This document shows, one piece after another, positions 42,236-57,135 of a stretch of DNA of 64,000 nucleotides. Source of the stretch: Auanema rhodensis. Its lineage: Eukaryota > Animalia > Nematoda. The position numbers and the translations under genes are program-made. Under the pieces are notes generated by a model that did not search any database, had not been told where the DNA came from, and saw only the letters and a list, made by a program, of their open reading frames with translations. The DNA is taken from positions 14,260,001-14,324,000 of the forward strand of contig OZ059895.1 in the NCBI GenBank assembly GCA_964057225.1. Direction: 5' to 3'. Every line of letters starts with the position of its first letter. Positions within the stretch are counted from its first letter, which is position 1.

Positions 42236-45200
42236 ATGGATAGTTGGCCACAACTGCGATCGTCCCGCAGTGAACATCACTTGGCACAGGTAGTATTTTC
42301 AAAACAGTTCGCCAATAACATGGATTGATCAACATTTCTAAATTCCAGGATCATCGTATCTATGCTTTATTAGAGGAAATGAGACCTGGACGATCGGTTG
42401 TAGCAAATACTGTCAATTCTAATCCAGCAATTAACAATGTTGCTCCACCTAAGTATCAAGATATCTATCCAACTTCTAACAAACAAACAGCTCCTCCAGC
42501 GTATAAGTAAGTTTTTTTGAAAATTAAACAATGAATGTTGATTTAAAAAATGAATTAAAAGAATTGTTAGTTGACATTAATTCATCTTCTATGGTAATTA
42601 GCATAATTGTTTTTACCATAACCTATATGGAACTGTCACGTATAACACGTACACGTGTGGCTCATTAGCGTATTATGCATGTTTTGAATTTGAATTTCAA
42701 AATGAGCGTCATTTGTCCACGGAGTTGTTGACGGAGTGATGTTTTCTAGCGCTCATCTAAAACCATATAAATCATAATTCAACTCCATCTTTTCAGTGTT
42801 ATATTACGTAACAAGAGACCCGTGGCTGATAATACTTCACGTTCCTCAACATCCTGTTGGGATGATCATACACATGCTGTATGTTTCCATCAAATCTATT
42901 ATATTGTTTTGTTTCTTTTCAGAGAAGAGAAACTTCCTTGTATGGTGCTGTACGAGATAAAAAGCGAGATTCTCGTGTTATCAGTCGCATTTCCTTAAAC
43001 TTTAATAGTAATAATAATAATCACATTGATGTAAGTTGAATCAATATACTTCAATCACATCGCTTTGCCATATCTAGGATTCTAATCTTTCTTGTGGACC
43101 ACCCAGAGGTTCTTCAAATGAGGAGAATTGTGCGATACTCAGTCGTCGAAATACCCCGAGACAAGCCTCCTTCATGGCCGCTATGACTCGAAAGCCATTA
43201 TCTGATGGTGAGATAAGTTTTCTATATTCTCTCTTTTTTTCTGTCTCTATTTACGAACTTGTGAGAGGAAAGAGAAGGAAGTGCATGATATATTACAATA
43301 ATCAAATAAGTTATTGGGTGGTTTAACTTTTCTTTTCAAGAAATCTAGCTTACTTTCATGTTTAAGCTGAAAAAAATCAGAAAAGCTAACATGTTGATAG
43401 GTGAAGAACAAGCGGAAATGTTAGGATGAGGGTACGAGAAAAAGGTCAGAGACAAGTATGCACAGCCAGCTCTCACTTGCTTTGCAGTCATTCTCATATA
43501 ACTCACAAAACTAAATCATACACGACCTTTTACAAACAATGTCAGCATTAGTCAATATAATATGGCTGATTCTGATCTCATATAAAGTATTAGTGAAAGC
43601 ATATTAACTATATGTGAGTGTATATTATTACCATAGCTGGATCATTATCTCCTAACTAACATCTTATTTTTCATAGCTTTTCTTATAACTCTGATATTTC
43701 ATGTTAACAACAACTAATGATTTGGATTATAAGCTTGTAATTCAGCGGGAGCAGCTAATGGCATGAAATCGTCAGCTGAAAACAATCGTCGCCGTACACT
43801 TCATTGGCAGGATTCAGTGCCCTCGTTTCTAGAGCAGCCTATTCCAACGCAGCAACATCGCCGAACTACAATCTATGGTTAGTCGATATTCTTTATCTGC
43901 ATGTAAGAAGTGGTTCTTTCGAATTCTGCTGTTTCTTTATTGCTCTATTGTGACATTATCTTACTGATAGATATATCATTCTTTATATAAGGGCAATTTT
44001 GATGAATTTTGTGGTATTATGCACCAGCTGCTACAGCTCATTAGCACATTTTGTAGAAGCCATCTGTGGCTATGCCTTCTATCTTTTGTTTTCTTTCGAC
44101 CTACCAGAAACTATAACATGCGATTTTCATTTGAATTTTATTGAAAATTTCTATTTAAACTTATATTCATATGATGTATTTCATAGATCTGAGAGTAACA
44201 CGTGTATATGTTGATGTTTCTTTCGCTTTCTGATCAAGTCGTTTTTCATTTACGACAGCGGCACTATCTTCTATGTCATTTTGACATTTCGTCTCAAATT
44301 TTAGAGGTTTAGCATTGTTTTAACTGTTGCGCAGAATGACATCAAACTCAGTAAGAATGTACCTACTTTTGATTTTGACAACTGTCAGTCAGATTTCATA
44401 GTCTGCTATAGTGTCCGTGATGATTGTTTGGAGCTTCATATCTCATCTTAACATTACTGGACTTTGGCAAGTCGCCAGGTCCACCTCATTGTAGTTATCT
44501 CAAATTTCATATAGAGAAAAGTACATGTTGGTAGTTTGCTATCTTCTCATTTCTCTGGCTGCGGATATTTCTCAGTCTCATCACAACCGACGGACTCATC
44601 GTTACTTTTCTTCTTCTATCTATTTCGTCTTTATATTCTGATTTCATCAATTTGTTCTCATTCTTGTTGCCGATTTTTCTTAAGTCATTCTTGTTGTTTC
44701 TTATATTATTCTTTAATGAATATATCTGCCATGCTTGTTTTAGTTGTATTTCAGTGGCAACTTTGCCGCAAGCACAGTTAGCATTCTCTCAAGTTCTTTG
44801 CAATTTTTCTTAGTTTTTATCCCTTATGTTTCATATATTGGATATTCTATTTAATCTGATGCATCGTTTGAAATTTGCTTATCTTATCTAGACGTACTTA
44901 TGTAATGTCATACACACATGTCATCCGTTTGTGGACATGGTTCCCGTAATGACCGAAATCGAACTGATTGATTTTACCCGAGGGAACTGAGTTCTCTGAA
45001 ATCTCACAACCGACCAGAAAGACGCTCATTTCTTTTCTGTGCTTCGTCCTATGTCATATCTTCTATTCTCTTTTTCATTTGAGGCAAAACTTGTCATTTC
45101 AACGTTTTTTACTAATATTGGTCACATTTTTTTTCTTTTTTTTTCACTAGCAGCTATGTCTATACTGTTTTAATTTAATTCATTAGTATAGCATTAGGAG

Positions 45201-47170
45201 AAGAAGCTACTACAACAAGTTTAAGAAAGCTTTTCAGTTTCAGCCTCTTTTATAGTGTTTTATCAGTTACGTATACAAGAACTTCATTTTCATGTTGTAC
45301 GCGTTATCTGCCTCTCGTCAGCTGCTCATATAGCTTCTTAAGCTTTTCGTTATATGTTTTCTATCTACTCATTGAACATCCGTAGTTTTGATTGTTCTTC
45401 TTTGGCTTTCTTCATTGCGCTTTCTACCCTCCCTCGTGGCCTATCACATATTATAAAGGCAAAAGAAATACAAGCACACGAGGTTCAAAAATACTAACGC
45501 TTGCTTCTCTTGTTGCAGCCAACCTATTGATTACGCATTTTAGTTTTGACTTTTTTTATTATTCATTAATCTTTCGGAGCCGTTGCTTTCTTCATTAGTA
45601 TCAGCTTCTGTTATTTTCTTTTGCTGCAGTTTCGTTTTGAAAATGGGCTAGTGAACTTGAATTATTAGATTAGTTTGTGTCTTCTAATAATAAGGTTTAT
45701 TTTCGAAATTTCTAATACTTATTTGGCACTTTTCGGCCTTCCTCGTCATTCGCAAGCGAGCCAAGGGTATCAATTATGGCGTTCCAACCTATGCAGTTAG
45801 CACTTTTTTGATTAATGTAAAATAAATTTTGTCATTATATGGATTTTTTGCTATCGTATTCCATTGTTTAGGTTCACAAACTTTGCAATTTGTAATATTT
45901 CCTTCTGACTCTCTTTCATTTTCTCTACTATCTCGTTCTCTTACTTGTTACGAATTTTTATGCAGTTTCCGATCCGATTGCTAGTCTTACAGCCAAAAAT
46001 CTACATGGACCGTCCTGTTGCCCTTGTTCATATGTGTAATTCCTGTATTATATTTCAATTTCCACCCACCACATCTCACTCATATACCTAGCCTACTAGA
46101 ACCAACAACCACTATTCGACCGAGCGACGGAGCTACTTGGCTGGCTAGTTTTGCCAAGTTGTTCCTGATAAATAGCGCTACACACCTTTTGAGTGTGAAA
46201 TACTGAATTCAAGACTATTACATTGATTTAATGTGGTAACGTTGATTCATGTAATAGCCAGTACGGTTTGCTGTTCCAATCAGTAAGCCTTGATTAACTT
46301 CTGACCTTATTTCGTCTTTGTCTATCGATTCTTGAGTCTTCAAACTACCGTCTTTATTACATTGGAACGGGTTCAAGACAAAATGCAACGCTTTCGAAGT
46401 TTCGCTAGCCTTGTTCTCAAATACCCAGGTAAGGTATAGTGCTGTACTGCTCTAGCTTTGGTTTGGTTTAAATGAACTGCTTCGTTTTGTTGATTATATT
46501 TGCATCTACTTGTTATTATGATATCATCTCTCTAATCCCTTTCCCACATCTTGTTATCATCTGTCACGTAAGAAGTTGCTTTTTCATCAGATAAACTTCA
46601 TCGATGAGCTGTCATTCTATTTCATGAATTCTATTGTAAATCTGCTTTGAAATTATTAGTATACTAGAACACATTGCTCAGGTAATAACTATGATTTTCT
46701 AGTATCACGTAGATAAATCATTCATCTTTCTATCAAGCGTTGAGGATCATTGCCAGTAGGGCTGTTGGGTGGCGGAAAAGCCACAACACTTGGCTGTCGC
46801 AGCTGTTGTCATCTATCATTCCGTATTTCAGTCCATGAATTCCATCGCCTGCCCTTAGTAGATACGCGTTTTGTTTTTCCTTGTCTTTCTCTCGATTTTT
46901 TTGTTTAATAAGATATTTTTTTAATCTATGTCCAAGGTATTTCAAAATTGTGTTCTATGATTGAATTTTAAATATTATTTCAACTTTCATTCCAGAAATA
47001 ATATTGAGCCTTTTCTTCATAGAATCGTGGGCATTTCAGTGTTTCAATACTCGAGAGAAAACATTTTTTTTAAAGTTTTGATGTCGTTATGAATCCTCCT
47101 TTCCAATTTTCTATTCGATTTACAATTTCTTTTTTTTGTGGTAGAACTCATTGAATTAAAATTTTACGTA

Positions 47171-47206
<36 letters not shown>

Positions 47207-50200
47207 TTATTTATTTCATGATCATTAAGTAAAATAAAAACAAAACAAAAATATTTTCTTCTTCAAATTAAAACTTTTGAGCGTCTCGAGAAAATCAATT
47301 TTGAATGTGTAGAAATATAAATGCGTAGGTAGGCGATGATATCATTATTCACTAGAGATTAACAAAAAGTATGAAAGGACTCAATTATAGATTCCCATGA
47401 GGGCTGCTGCCTGTTTTACGAACTTTTATAACAAAAAAAAAGAAATGTATGAAAATTCTTTTTTGCTCCCATTAGTTGCTCGTTTATGTTATTATTATTA
47501 TTTACTTTTTTTTTCACATAATATAACTTTATATTTTTTGTTTTCAGGTGACGAAGTCATCAGGAAATGCTCTAAAAATAACGACGTCTCATCCGAAGAT
47601 CAAAATCATAATGGTGAGTTATCTTTCGTACTTTTATTCAGTTTCTATTTCGGCATTTGGAATTTTCCATTATATGATTTAATATATAAAATAGTAGGGA
47701 GGGAGGGAGTGAATGAGTGCAGTATATGACGGTTATATCGTTTTCGAGCAGGGTTCGTAGATAATGAACGGTGCTCATGTTCTCATGTTTGATGATGAAT
47801 TTCTCGCTCATAAAACCTCTCACTTCTCATAGGCATCTTAGTCTTTTTTTAACCTTTGTTGGCTATAGTCATCCTTTCCTCTCATTCCGTCTCTTTGTGT
47901 TCCTATCGCTATCGTCTTGATTCCTATTTGTGTGCGCTATGTTTTTATGCCAACGTCCTTCTCTGTAATTTACAACATCTCATCTGATAGAACGACTGCA
48001 ACGACTTATTCTCAGATTGTCTATAACGGAGTGGGTTCACTATTAATGTATTTCTTATAGTACTTTGTCGATTTATGAAAATCATCACGTTTTCGTTCAT
48101 TTCAAATTCCATGCTTGCTTAATGAATTTTGAATACACAAAACGTTCATCTCTTGTTTCGATTCGGACATGCTTGTTATCAGCATCCACTTTTCACTCTC
48201 TATGTCTAATATTTTTTAGTCATCAATGTGTTTTCTTATACACGTAATCAATTTAGATGAATCATTGTTGGTTCACGTTTTAACTGGTTAAATCATGCCT
48301 TTTCATGTTTAAAATTCAGCAACTGTTTCCGTTTATGTAAGAATTATCATTGATACTATCCTGTATTTCCAGTATATTATGCAAATTTACTGTATTTGAA
48401 GATGGAGCAATTCGCTAACCTAATGCTAAATCTTTCTTACTTAGGAAAGACACGCTATTTTCACTTAAAATTAGTTGCCTTCTGTTGATCTGCTTCGCTG
48501 CAGATTGTGCTGCCAGTAAGGTGGCGGTGACCTCACCATATTTGTTAATTTGCCTTGATGGCAGGTGCGCGTCTCTTTTTCCGGTCAGGCCCGTTGCCTG
48601 CTCTACCAGTTTGCCTTTTTATTCTCTTTCTCTGTATCTCTCATTTGTCAGCTTATTTCGCTTCCTCAATAGTACTCTCTATCTATCTGTCTCTCCTTCT
48701 TTTACCTTCGATACCGATATTCCACCCTCAACCATCACCTTCTGTTATATCTGGCTATCCATCGATTATTTGCAGCTTTAGCTCACACAGGACCCAAGCT
48801 GACCCTCATTATGCTCCATGACTTCAACTCTTGCTTAATGCTCTTCCGATATTTTATTCTCTTTCTTTCTTTATTTTAGTTAAAATATTGTTTATATTAA
48901 CTGATATGGCAAATACTTGATTTTCGATTATTCTGTTTCCTGTTTCACATTTCGTTCAATATTAATTTATTATGATGATTGTGTATTACTAGGAATAATT
49001 CATTCTGTTTCAACGTATTTCAATCAATCTGCATGTGATACTCGAAGCTGGTATCCACCTTCAGTTGATAAGTTAGCATTTGAAATGTTATGTTATCATG
49101 ACAGACATTTTTCATTTTTGAAAAAGAATACAATTGCTTTTCATTAGAGTTACATCTCTTAAATGATACAAGATATCACATGTTTAAAATGAACTAACAG
49201 AAAGAGAGAGAGAGAGGGGCGTAGGAGGTGTGGTGAGGACTAGATTAAAGGAAATATATACTAAATTTGAAATTTTTGAAAATATATAATTGAATTTTTA
49301 GAAGAGAGTGTGATGCGACGAGCGCGTCCGAAATCATATGTACTGGCAACGTCAGCTAGCTTACCAGAAACTGATCAGTCTACAACATTTAGCCAAGATG
49401 GAACTAGGTTAGAATACATTTCTGAAATTCATATCTTATCTTATTTTAATATTTCTTCAGTAGAGAATTGTCTTCCATGGGATCGATTTCTTCAATTGAA
49501 CATTCTGCTCGATCAGCCCAAGCACCACATCCTCCAGCTACTCACCGAATTCAGAAATTTATCTCCTTATTTAGCCAGGTTTGTTTACCTTTTTACATTT
49601 TTTAAAACAATATTTGCAATTTCATTTTGTGTTCCTTTATTTTGCTCTTTAATACAACGAATATTTAGAAAGCTGAAGGTCGTGGACTTCGATTGAAGCG
49701 CTCCCGAACATCATTACCGGAGGGCAGAAATCCATTGCCGGACATTCAACTTTATGCTTCCAACATTTCGAAGCAAGGGCCTATTCGGCATCAGGTTAGA
49801 CATTCTAGTCATTTCTTTTCTAATTTATCAAATTTAGCAAATAGCTATGGGTAAGAACGGACGTCGAAATCACTGGACTGATTATTGGGGAATATTACAT
49901 GATCATTTCTTGTATTTATGTCTTCAACAACCAAGATGTTCAATGGCTGATGGAAGTAATGAGAAGGTAAGCGTGCAGATTCATAACCATTTCCTAATTC
50001 TTTTTGCATAAAAATGATGTTTTTTCAGATTTATTCCCTTACACCATGTGAACGGGTGGATGTACGATTTTCTGTTGCCGACATCGCCTATGACTGGTTG
50101 ACTGAGAATAAGAATCGTCATGTTATTCGCATGTTGACGCAAACGAGATCCGAGCATCTGTTCGAGCTTGGCAGGTAAATTATCCGCAACGTTTAGTTTT

Positions 50201-53200
50201 GCATGCACTTGGCCCTCTGTGTTTCATTCTCTATCTATCATTAATTATTTTTTGTTTTCAAATTTTCAGCTTTATTTTGTTTCTTCGCATTCGTTCATAA
50301 CGTTTCACTCATTTAAAATTATAATATTTTAAATATTCTTTCATTGAAATATGTTCTGCAAAAGATTTTCTTCTCTTGATTATCCAATATCAGACATGAA
50401 TGCAACAACTGATTAATCATTACAATATGCTACAAATGTATTTTGACGAAATGGCGTTTTGAAATCTGCTTTGCCACGATCTATTTCAGTTTTTCATCCA
50501 TACATCCTGTGTTTCATGCTCATCAACCTAATTGATAACGTGTCTGATTTCAGTGAATCTGAGATGCTCTCCTGGATTTCCGTATTGCAGTCATCATCTG
50601 ACGGATCAATAGTTCCAACGTCGATGTCACAGCTGCCAAACTCACTCTCGGTATTGTTGTTTTCTTTCATAATGATGCTCCCATCATGCTTCGAAAATTT
50701 TTTATTATACGTCTTTTTTTCTGCTATCTTCTCTCTCTATTTTTCTCTTTTCTCTTCTACTTCTTCTTCTATCTAACTTCTTTTATGTTACTATACTCAT
50801 TTCTTCTCTTAATTCATTCTCACTAACAATCACTACGTGATTTTCATTTGTTGTCTTGCTTTCTCCACTTCATCGTTTGCAATTTTTTTACAATGATCTT
50901 TGATAACATCTCTTCTCAAGTATATGTTGAGGAGCATCTTATATATGATTAATCATGAATTAAAGTAAAAATTGGGTGATATGAAAGATCGTCTTCCATA
51001 ATCTCATCTTCCCGTCTTTGTCCTAGCAGGGAAGTCTTGCTGACACTGTGAACATAGTAAATCGTCTGTTTGTAACAGTGCTCCTATATCGAGCATACGC
51101 AAACTGAGACAATCCCTGTTCTCACTCTTTAAATTTCAATCTAGCCAATACTTTTTTTTTCACTCTTTTCGGTCTCATTGGCTTATGCGTTACCCGTTGT
51201 CTCGCCGACGGCATGTTGCTAGTTCGGCCGTCTTCTCATCCCCATCGCCTGCTTTCCTGTCCTTTTCTTCGTCTTCTTTATTTCCTCCTCGTTTAACGCT
51301 GCCACTCTAATTGCGTTACCCCCGTGGCGATCCGTAATTGCCATCTCTACTCTTCTCGTTCTCCCTATCTATTCCTCTTCACTTTTTCCTCTACTTTCGT
51401 CTTTTCCTCTTTTATCGTTGTCCACTTCTCGTTTTCGTCTCATCATGTTATTCCATTTATTCTATCATCAGGCGTTTCCTATCACTGGCTACTTTTCTTG
51501 AATTCATTCGATTGATGATGAAAACAATGAACTTGGAGGGAACTGTTTCCTTCATTGTTTCTTTTTTATTTAATTAAACTTTTGACATTAGTTAACTCAC
51601 ATTGAATTATCTTAGAGGAACATGAAAATTGTTATGTTACAAACATAAAGTCACAAAGTCTTGTATTTCCTCCTCTCTAAACCTATCACTCTTCATCATC
51701 TTTCCCACATACTCTCTGTTTCTCTCTGTCTCACTCTTTCTTTTAGTATTTGTCTCTGTATCTTCTTCTCTGGTTTTCTTCATCTGTGTCTCTCCTTAAG
51801 GGTCTCCTGCTCTCTCTCTGTTTGATGATGTTGCATGGACAATGTCTAATTTGGGATGCCATTCTCGTTTTTAATTCCTGCCTCTGTTCAATCCATCACT
51901 ACTTGCTTTTAGGAATTTTCTCTCTCTCTCCCTCTTCTTTGTCTACTCTCGTTTTCTCTCGTTCTCATCTCTCGTTTTTTTCTGTTCAAAATTTGCCCTC
52001 ATTTGCTAGTGTTCGTCATCACCATCGGCGTTGTCATCTAGCCTTCTTGCCATATTCTCTTCTTCTGAACTCTATTTTCCTTATCCTTCTCTGAACTATC
52101 TGAAAGCCATAAAGCTATTAGGGTCTAACGAGACTGAGCTGTAAGCTAACAAAGCATGATAAGTTTTTGGCATGTTGCGTACATGCCGTTTTCATTTTCT
52201 ACTACGTGTAAGTGAAGTAATTGTAAGAGACACACCTGAGGCGATGACAAGAAGGCATGACTATATAAATTGAAAAACGATACCTTTTCTTTCTTTACAA
52301 ACATTTTTTTATTACAAATGTAATAAGTGTATAAGATGATACGGTCGCCATTTGAATCGAAAACAAAATTCTCTTTTGTCGTTGTTTACCGATTTTTCTC
52401 TAATGTTTTTATTTCTTCGTTTGCTTTTTTAATTTTTTTCCTTGGGCTTATATTTCCTGCGAATAGACTGGAATTACAAGTTAACATGTTCATTTGAAGC
52501 AATACTTGATGACATTTTCAACAGTCAGAATGATAGATCTGATTCATAGAAATGTTATCAGTTATCCTATTGCTGAAGCTTGTCGAAAGATTAAATGTCA
52601 AGCAGATTAACTTGACGTTTGCTTGAGAAAGTGTCTGTGTAGATTACAATGTTAAAGTTAGTGGATCAACACCCTCATCATATTTTAGTTTGTTTTTGTT
52701 TAATTTGAAACGCTTTTCTTCGTGTGCATTTACATGTGTGTCTTTTCTTCACCCGTGTTTGTGTCCTGGTTCTACTATTGATTTCGGGCAGCCTGGCTCA
52801 GCTCGATCCTTTTCTATTCAGTGTCCTCTTCTTCTTCGTATGATGCACATTCTGCTATTATGGCCGGATAATCATTAAATCGAGCATGTCGTCGAGCCTG
52901 AGGGGACGCACGAGCGTGAGAGAGAACGAGAGATCGAATGATGGAGATAGAGAAAGAGAACAAGAGATGCGTGAGCTGTGCGTGCTAAGAGAAGTGGTGT
53001 ATGGGTTTATGGGTTCTGCTGTGACAATGACGATTTTCTTATAAGCTAGACATATATCCAGCTTCAGAATATACTTTTTGGTTATCCATCTCAAACTGTT
53101 TTTCCATTTGTAATCTTGCTTTGTCTTGGTTTCCTTTCAATATTGACATCATTTGTTTCCTTCATAAGAGCTTTATTTTGCTCTTATTCTGCTACGTGTC

Positions 53201-56200
53201 GTTCGTCCTGTACACCATGATTGAGGTAACATGCGAGTGATATATCCACCTTAGGCGATTCTAATCTGGACCTTTTAAGCCACTTTTGTTTTGCGTTATA
53301 TGGCGTTCATATCATATTGGTACTAGGTATATAACTTTCCCGCAGATCAATTCCTTTTCATGTTTGCTACGTGGATTACATTTGGCACATGTTCCAGACA
53401 CTATGAGCTTAAATTTTCTGTTTACCATAAGCGACATATTTGATTCCTTGTTGCTTTCTCATCGGCTAATTTCTAATGATTTGTTGCTTATGCTGATGTT
53501 ATGCCTACGATGTATCAGCTCTGTCGGATAAAGCACTAGATGGGACATTATCTATCATAAAGCTGATGTTTCCACTCTTCTCTCTCTTCGTTATCTCATT
53601 TCTATAGAAGATATTCACTTGCTCTTATTATATTGACTTATATGTCTATATATATACATGTTTCGATTTTTTCTTTTTTTTATACACTAACGAGTTCAAG
53701 CTTTTGCAATTTTATAATCATTTTCTTCATCATCATTCTGCAGAATTTTGTGTCATTTAAGCAGAGATGAAGGAATTGAGAAAGAGAAATATAGATCTAG
53801 AGTTTTCTGGCGAGAGTATTATGTATGCCAAACAGCAGAATCATGCTTGCTTGAGCCTTCTCAGTTCTAATACTGCCGCTACTGATGATGATGGCTGCCG
53901 CCTGGCCGATGCTTGTGCTATTGAAGTTGGCTGGCTGATTTGCTTACTTACTTGTTAGTCCGCCAGTTGACAACGAGCCGATTAGTTTCCTCCGATGGAC
54001 GATAAAATTTTCTTTATCTAGTTCAAATCCACATCATCCTCTTAACTTTATCAGCAAATCTGTAAGTTCTACATTGTCATTCTTTATCTTTCTAGACTGT
54101 TTTGGTCTCTCAGCCATAACGTTTTACTTACAATTGCTACTTTTTCTAGCTGTGCTAAGTTTCTTCCGTTTTCCGTTTACTACTCGGACACCTCGACAAG
54201 GTGTGTATTTGTGTGTCGAACTCGTTTTTGAGTTAAGTCTATATAAAGAGAAAAAGAAGGAGAAAGCTCTTAAACGAAACTTACTCAACCTTACTTTTCG
54301 GCTTTCTATCTTTTGGACTGCTTTGTTCCTTTTGGAAATAGCTTCAATTCGAAATGCTTTTTGACGAGTCCAAGTGTTAATATACGATTTGTTGAATGAA
54401 AAACGTAAAGAACTCAGGTTGCAGTGATAGCTCCACATGTTAGAATCTTTGTTGACTTGTTTTGATTTCTTCTTGTCTGCCAGCTTCGTCTTCTTCACTA
54501 GTCAGTCGCCAGCGGCTTGCCGCTGCTACACTGCCTAGCAGCATTTTTCTTTTGTATTCGTTCTTTAAAGCAGTTTTTCTCTGAATTTCGAAATGTATTT
54601 TATACTTTCGGTATGTTATATATTCTATTAATGTTGTGGTTTTGTTATCTTGCTCAATATTCTTATCATATTTTCTAACATATACTCTGTAATCCTCTTT
54701 CTATCAATTCTCCTGAATGCCTCAATCAGCCTTTCATTTTGAAGTTTTTACATTCAAAAATATATGAAATTGAGTTTATCACCTGAAATTAGATGCCAAG
54801 CTATACAATCTATTCAGGAATCTCTCTTCTTCTTGATTGTTAGTTTAAGCTTTCTCCCTTACGAACTTCTATTTTCTTATCTTTGTCACAACTTAGCTTC
54901 TTTCATCTCTTTTCTATTGCAATTAAGTGGTTGATGGAAAGGAAAGAGTAGTTCAAAATGACATTGGCTTGTCTTCTGACGTTTAAGAAATGCTTCTGTT
55001 CATGTCGTTGGTCGAAATCAACTTCACTCAAACGTTAGTTTACTTCGCAGCCTTTCGTGCATTTTTGCTTGAGATATAACTCTTCATGCATTTAGAGCAG
55101 TTGCATTAGATACTTATTCTGATTTGCTCGAGGATGAAAGCTTCATATTTAGCTTCCTTACACTCGAGCTGCTCCAGATTTTTCAGAATATGCCGCTTTA
55201 ATTGAACTTTTTGCAATTTTGTTCTGTTGTTCTTCATCTTGTTATTTGCTGCCAAAGATTTTCTACCTTTAGTTTTCATAATTTTATTCGAGCCGCTCAT
55301 GTTGGGAACCGAACACATCAAGTTGCATTCCACTATACGGCTTCCTCAATTTTCGCCACTTAATGCCTACGACTAAACTATGCTCTCCTTCATTCCTATC
55401 CTGTCTTTTTGCCTGCTTGCTCTTCAGATGAGTCATGATCGTATTTTCTCGTGATTTTCTCTTATACTATATGTATATAGTAAGATATTTCGGTTATTTG
55501 ATCAAGTGCCAGACAGGGTAAAATCTGTTTTTTTGGCTCATTTCTGTGCGATTTCTATTTGTGTAACTCCTTTTAAAGATTTAACCTCCAAACGATCAAG
55601 TTTGGTCTAGAAGACCATACATTGATTGCTAACTCTTTCCCTTACTCTACACAAATATTTTTTCTCATTTTCTTCCCAGCATCATCATCTCGTTTCTCGT
55701 AACTGAGTGGTTTGTGGATTGGTCAAATTGATAAGTCGACAGATTTTCTATAACTCGTTTTGCGCCCAAGTTCTTTCGAAATGCCTGCTGAACAGTTTCT
55801 ATTGTGCCTTTTTTTCTGGCTTTTACCAAGGGTTCATTAAACAGGAAACATTGATTTTTTCTAAATACGTCTATGCAGTATGTCAGTTTTAGAGTTTTGA
55901 TTCATATACAACCTGTCTGGAATTAAAATTTTTCCTCTATTTTGCTTCAAAGAAAAGCGAGAAAGCGAGAGGGAAGGAGTAAGAAAGAGTAAGTGAGCGA
56001 AGGAGTGAGTGAGTGAGAGAGAAAAAGGAAGAGTAATAAGCAGGATGAATATGAAGAGTAAAAAAGTTTGCGATAATAGGCAGAGACTGAAATGCCTTAG
56101 GGAACAGGTTATCTCTTGGGCCTGATCATCAACTGCCTTTACTTATTTAAGCTGGCAATTGGATTCAAAGAAATAAAGTTGGCTGCCAGTTACGTTTTTG

Positions 56201-57082
56201 AAAGTATTGCTGTATATGCATGTCTTTCCAACAGCCTGCTGCCAACTATCCAATCTGAAAGGAAGTATGACCTCGACTTTCTTTTATTCAGAAATTGTGA
56301 TGACATCAATTACAATGCTCTCCAATGCAACGTACTCGAGTAAGGTTGTTATTAGTATGTGACTTCCTCCCAGAAAGGTTGATGTATTATCATTTTCTGG
56401 TTGTTCATTATGAATTAACAGGCTAGAAAGTTTGTTTTCTGCTCTAGTGTCTGTCTTTATGCAATTCTGACAGAAGTTTACTTTTCAACTAAAACGGACA
56501 ATCAACTCAATTTATACCACACCACACCAAACACACAAATATAAATAAATATGAAATAAATAAATAAATTTATAACGAAGTTATCAAACTTGTAACATGC
56601 TGAATGTTAACAAAAGTGGCTTACTCCAAGTTGCTATAGCTTGAGATTCACTTATTGTTGAGTATTTGTGGTTGCTTATTTTTATCTCAGAATTTTTCGA
56701 TTTTTCTCTTCCCGCAGAAGGAAACAAATATGTTCTATATAAAGTCATTCTTCAATTATATTTATTCTTTACTATTTTTATTGTAATTTGGAAATTTTCT
56801 TTTTTCTTCGCATATTGTTAGCTATACGTATACTATATTTATATGTTATACACATATATTTATTTGTGCATACATCCATTAAAATCCATTAGGAACTTTT
56901 GAATGTCATGGATGACCTTTTCCGGTCATCCTAGTCATCATTATTATAATTTGTGGGGCCCGTATAGAGATTCTTTTATTTTACCTCATCTTTCCAATAT
57001 ATGACGACTGTCGGTCATTTTTCTCTGTTCTTGTATCCAAAACCGTTATCTATTCATAATTTCTCTTTTCTGGAACATAATC

Positions 57083-57135
<53 letters not shown>

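Noticed and set aside
52886-53044. 52-codon ORF ([16 protein letters not shown]...) as a pac-1 alternative exon
   Set aside because: No convincing acceptor or donor; its GA-rich composition is better explained as pairing arms, e.g. GCTCGAT (52801) : ATCGAGC (52879).
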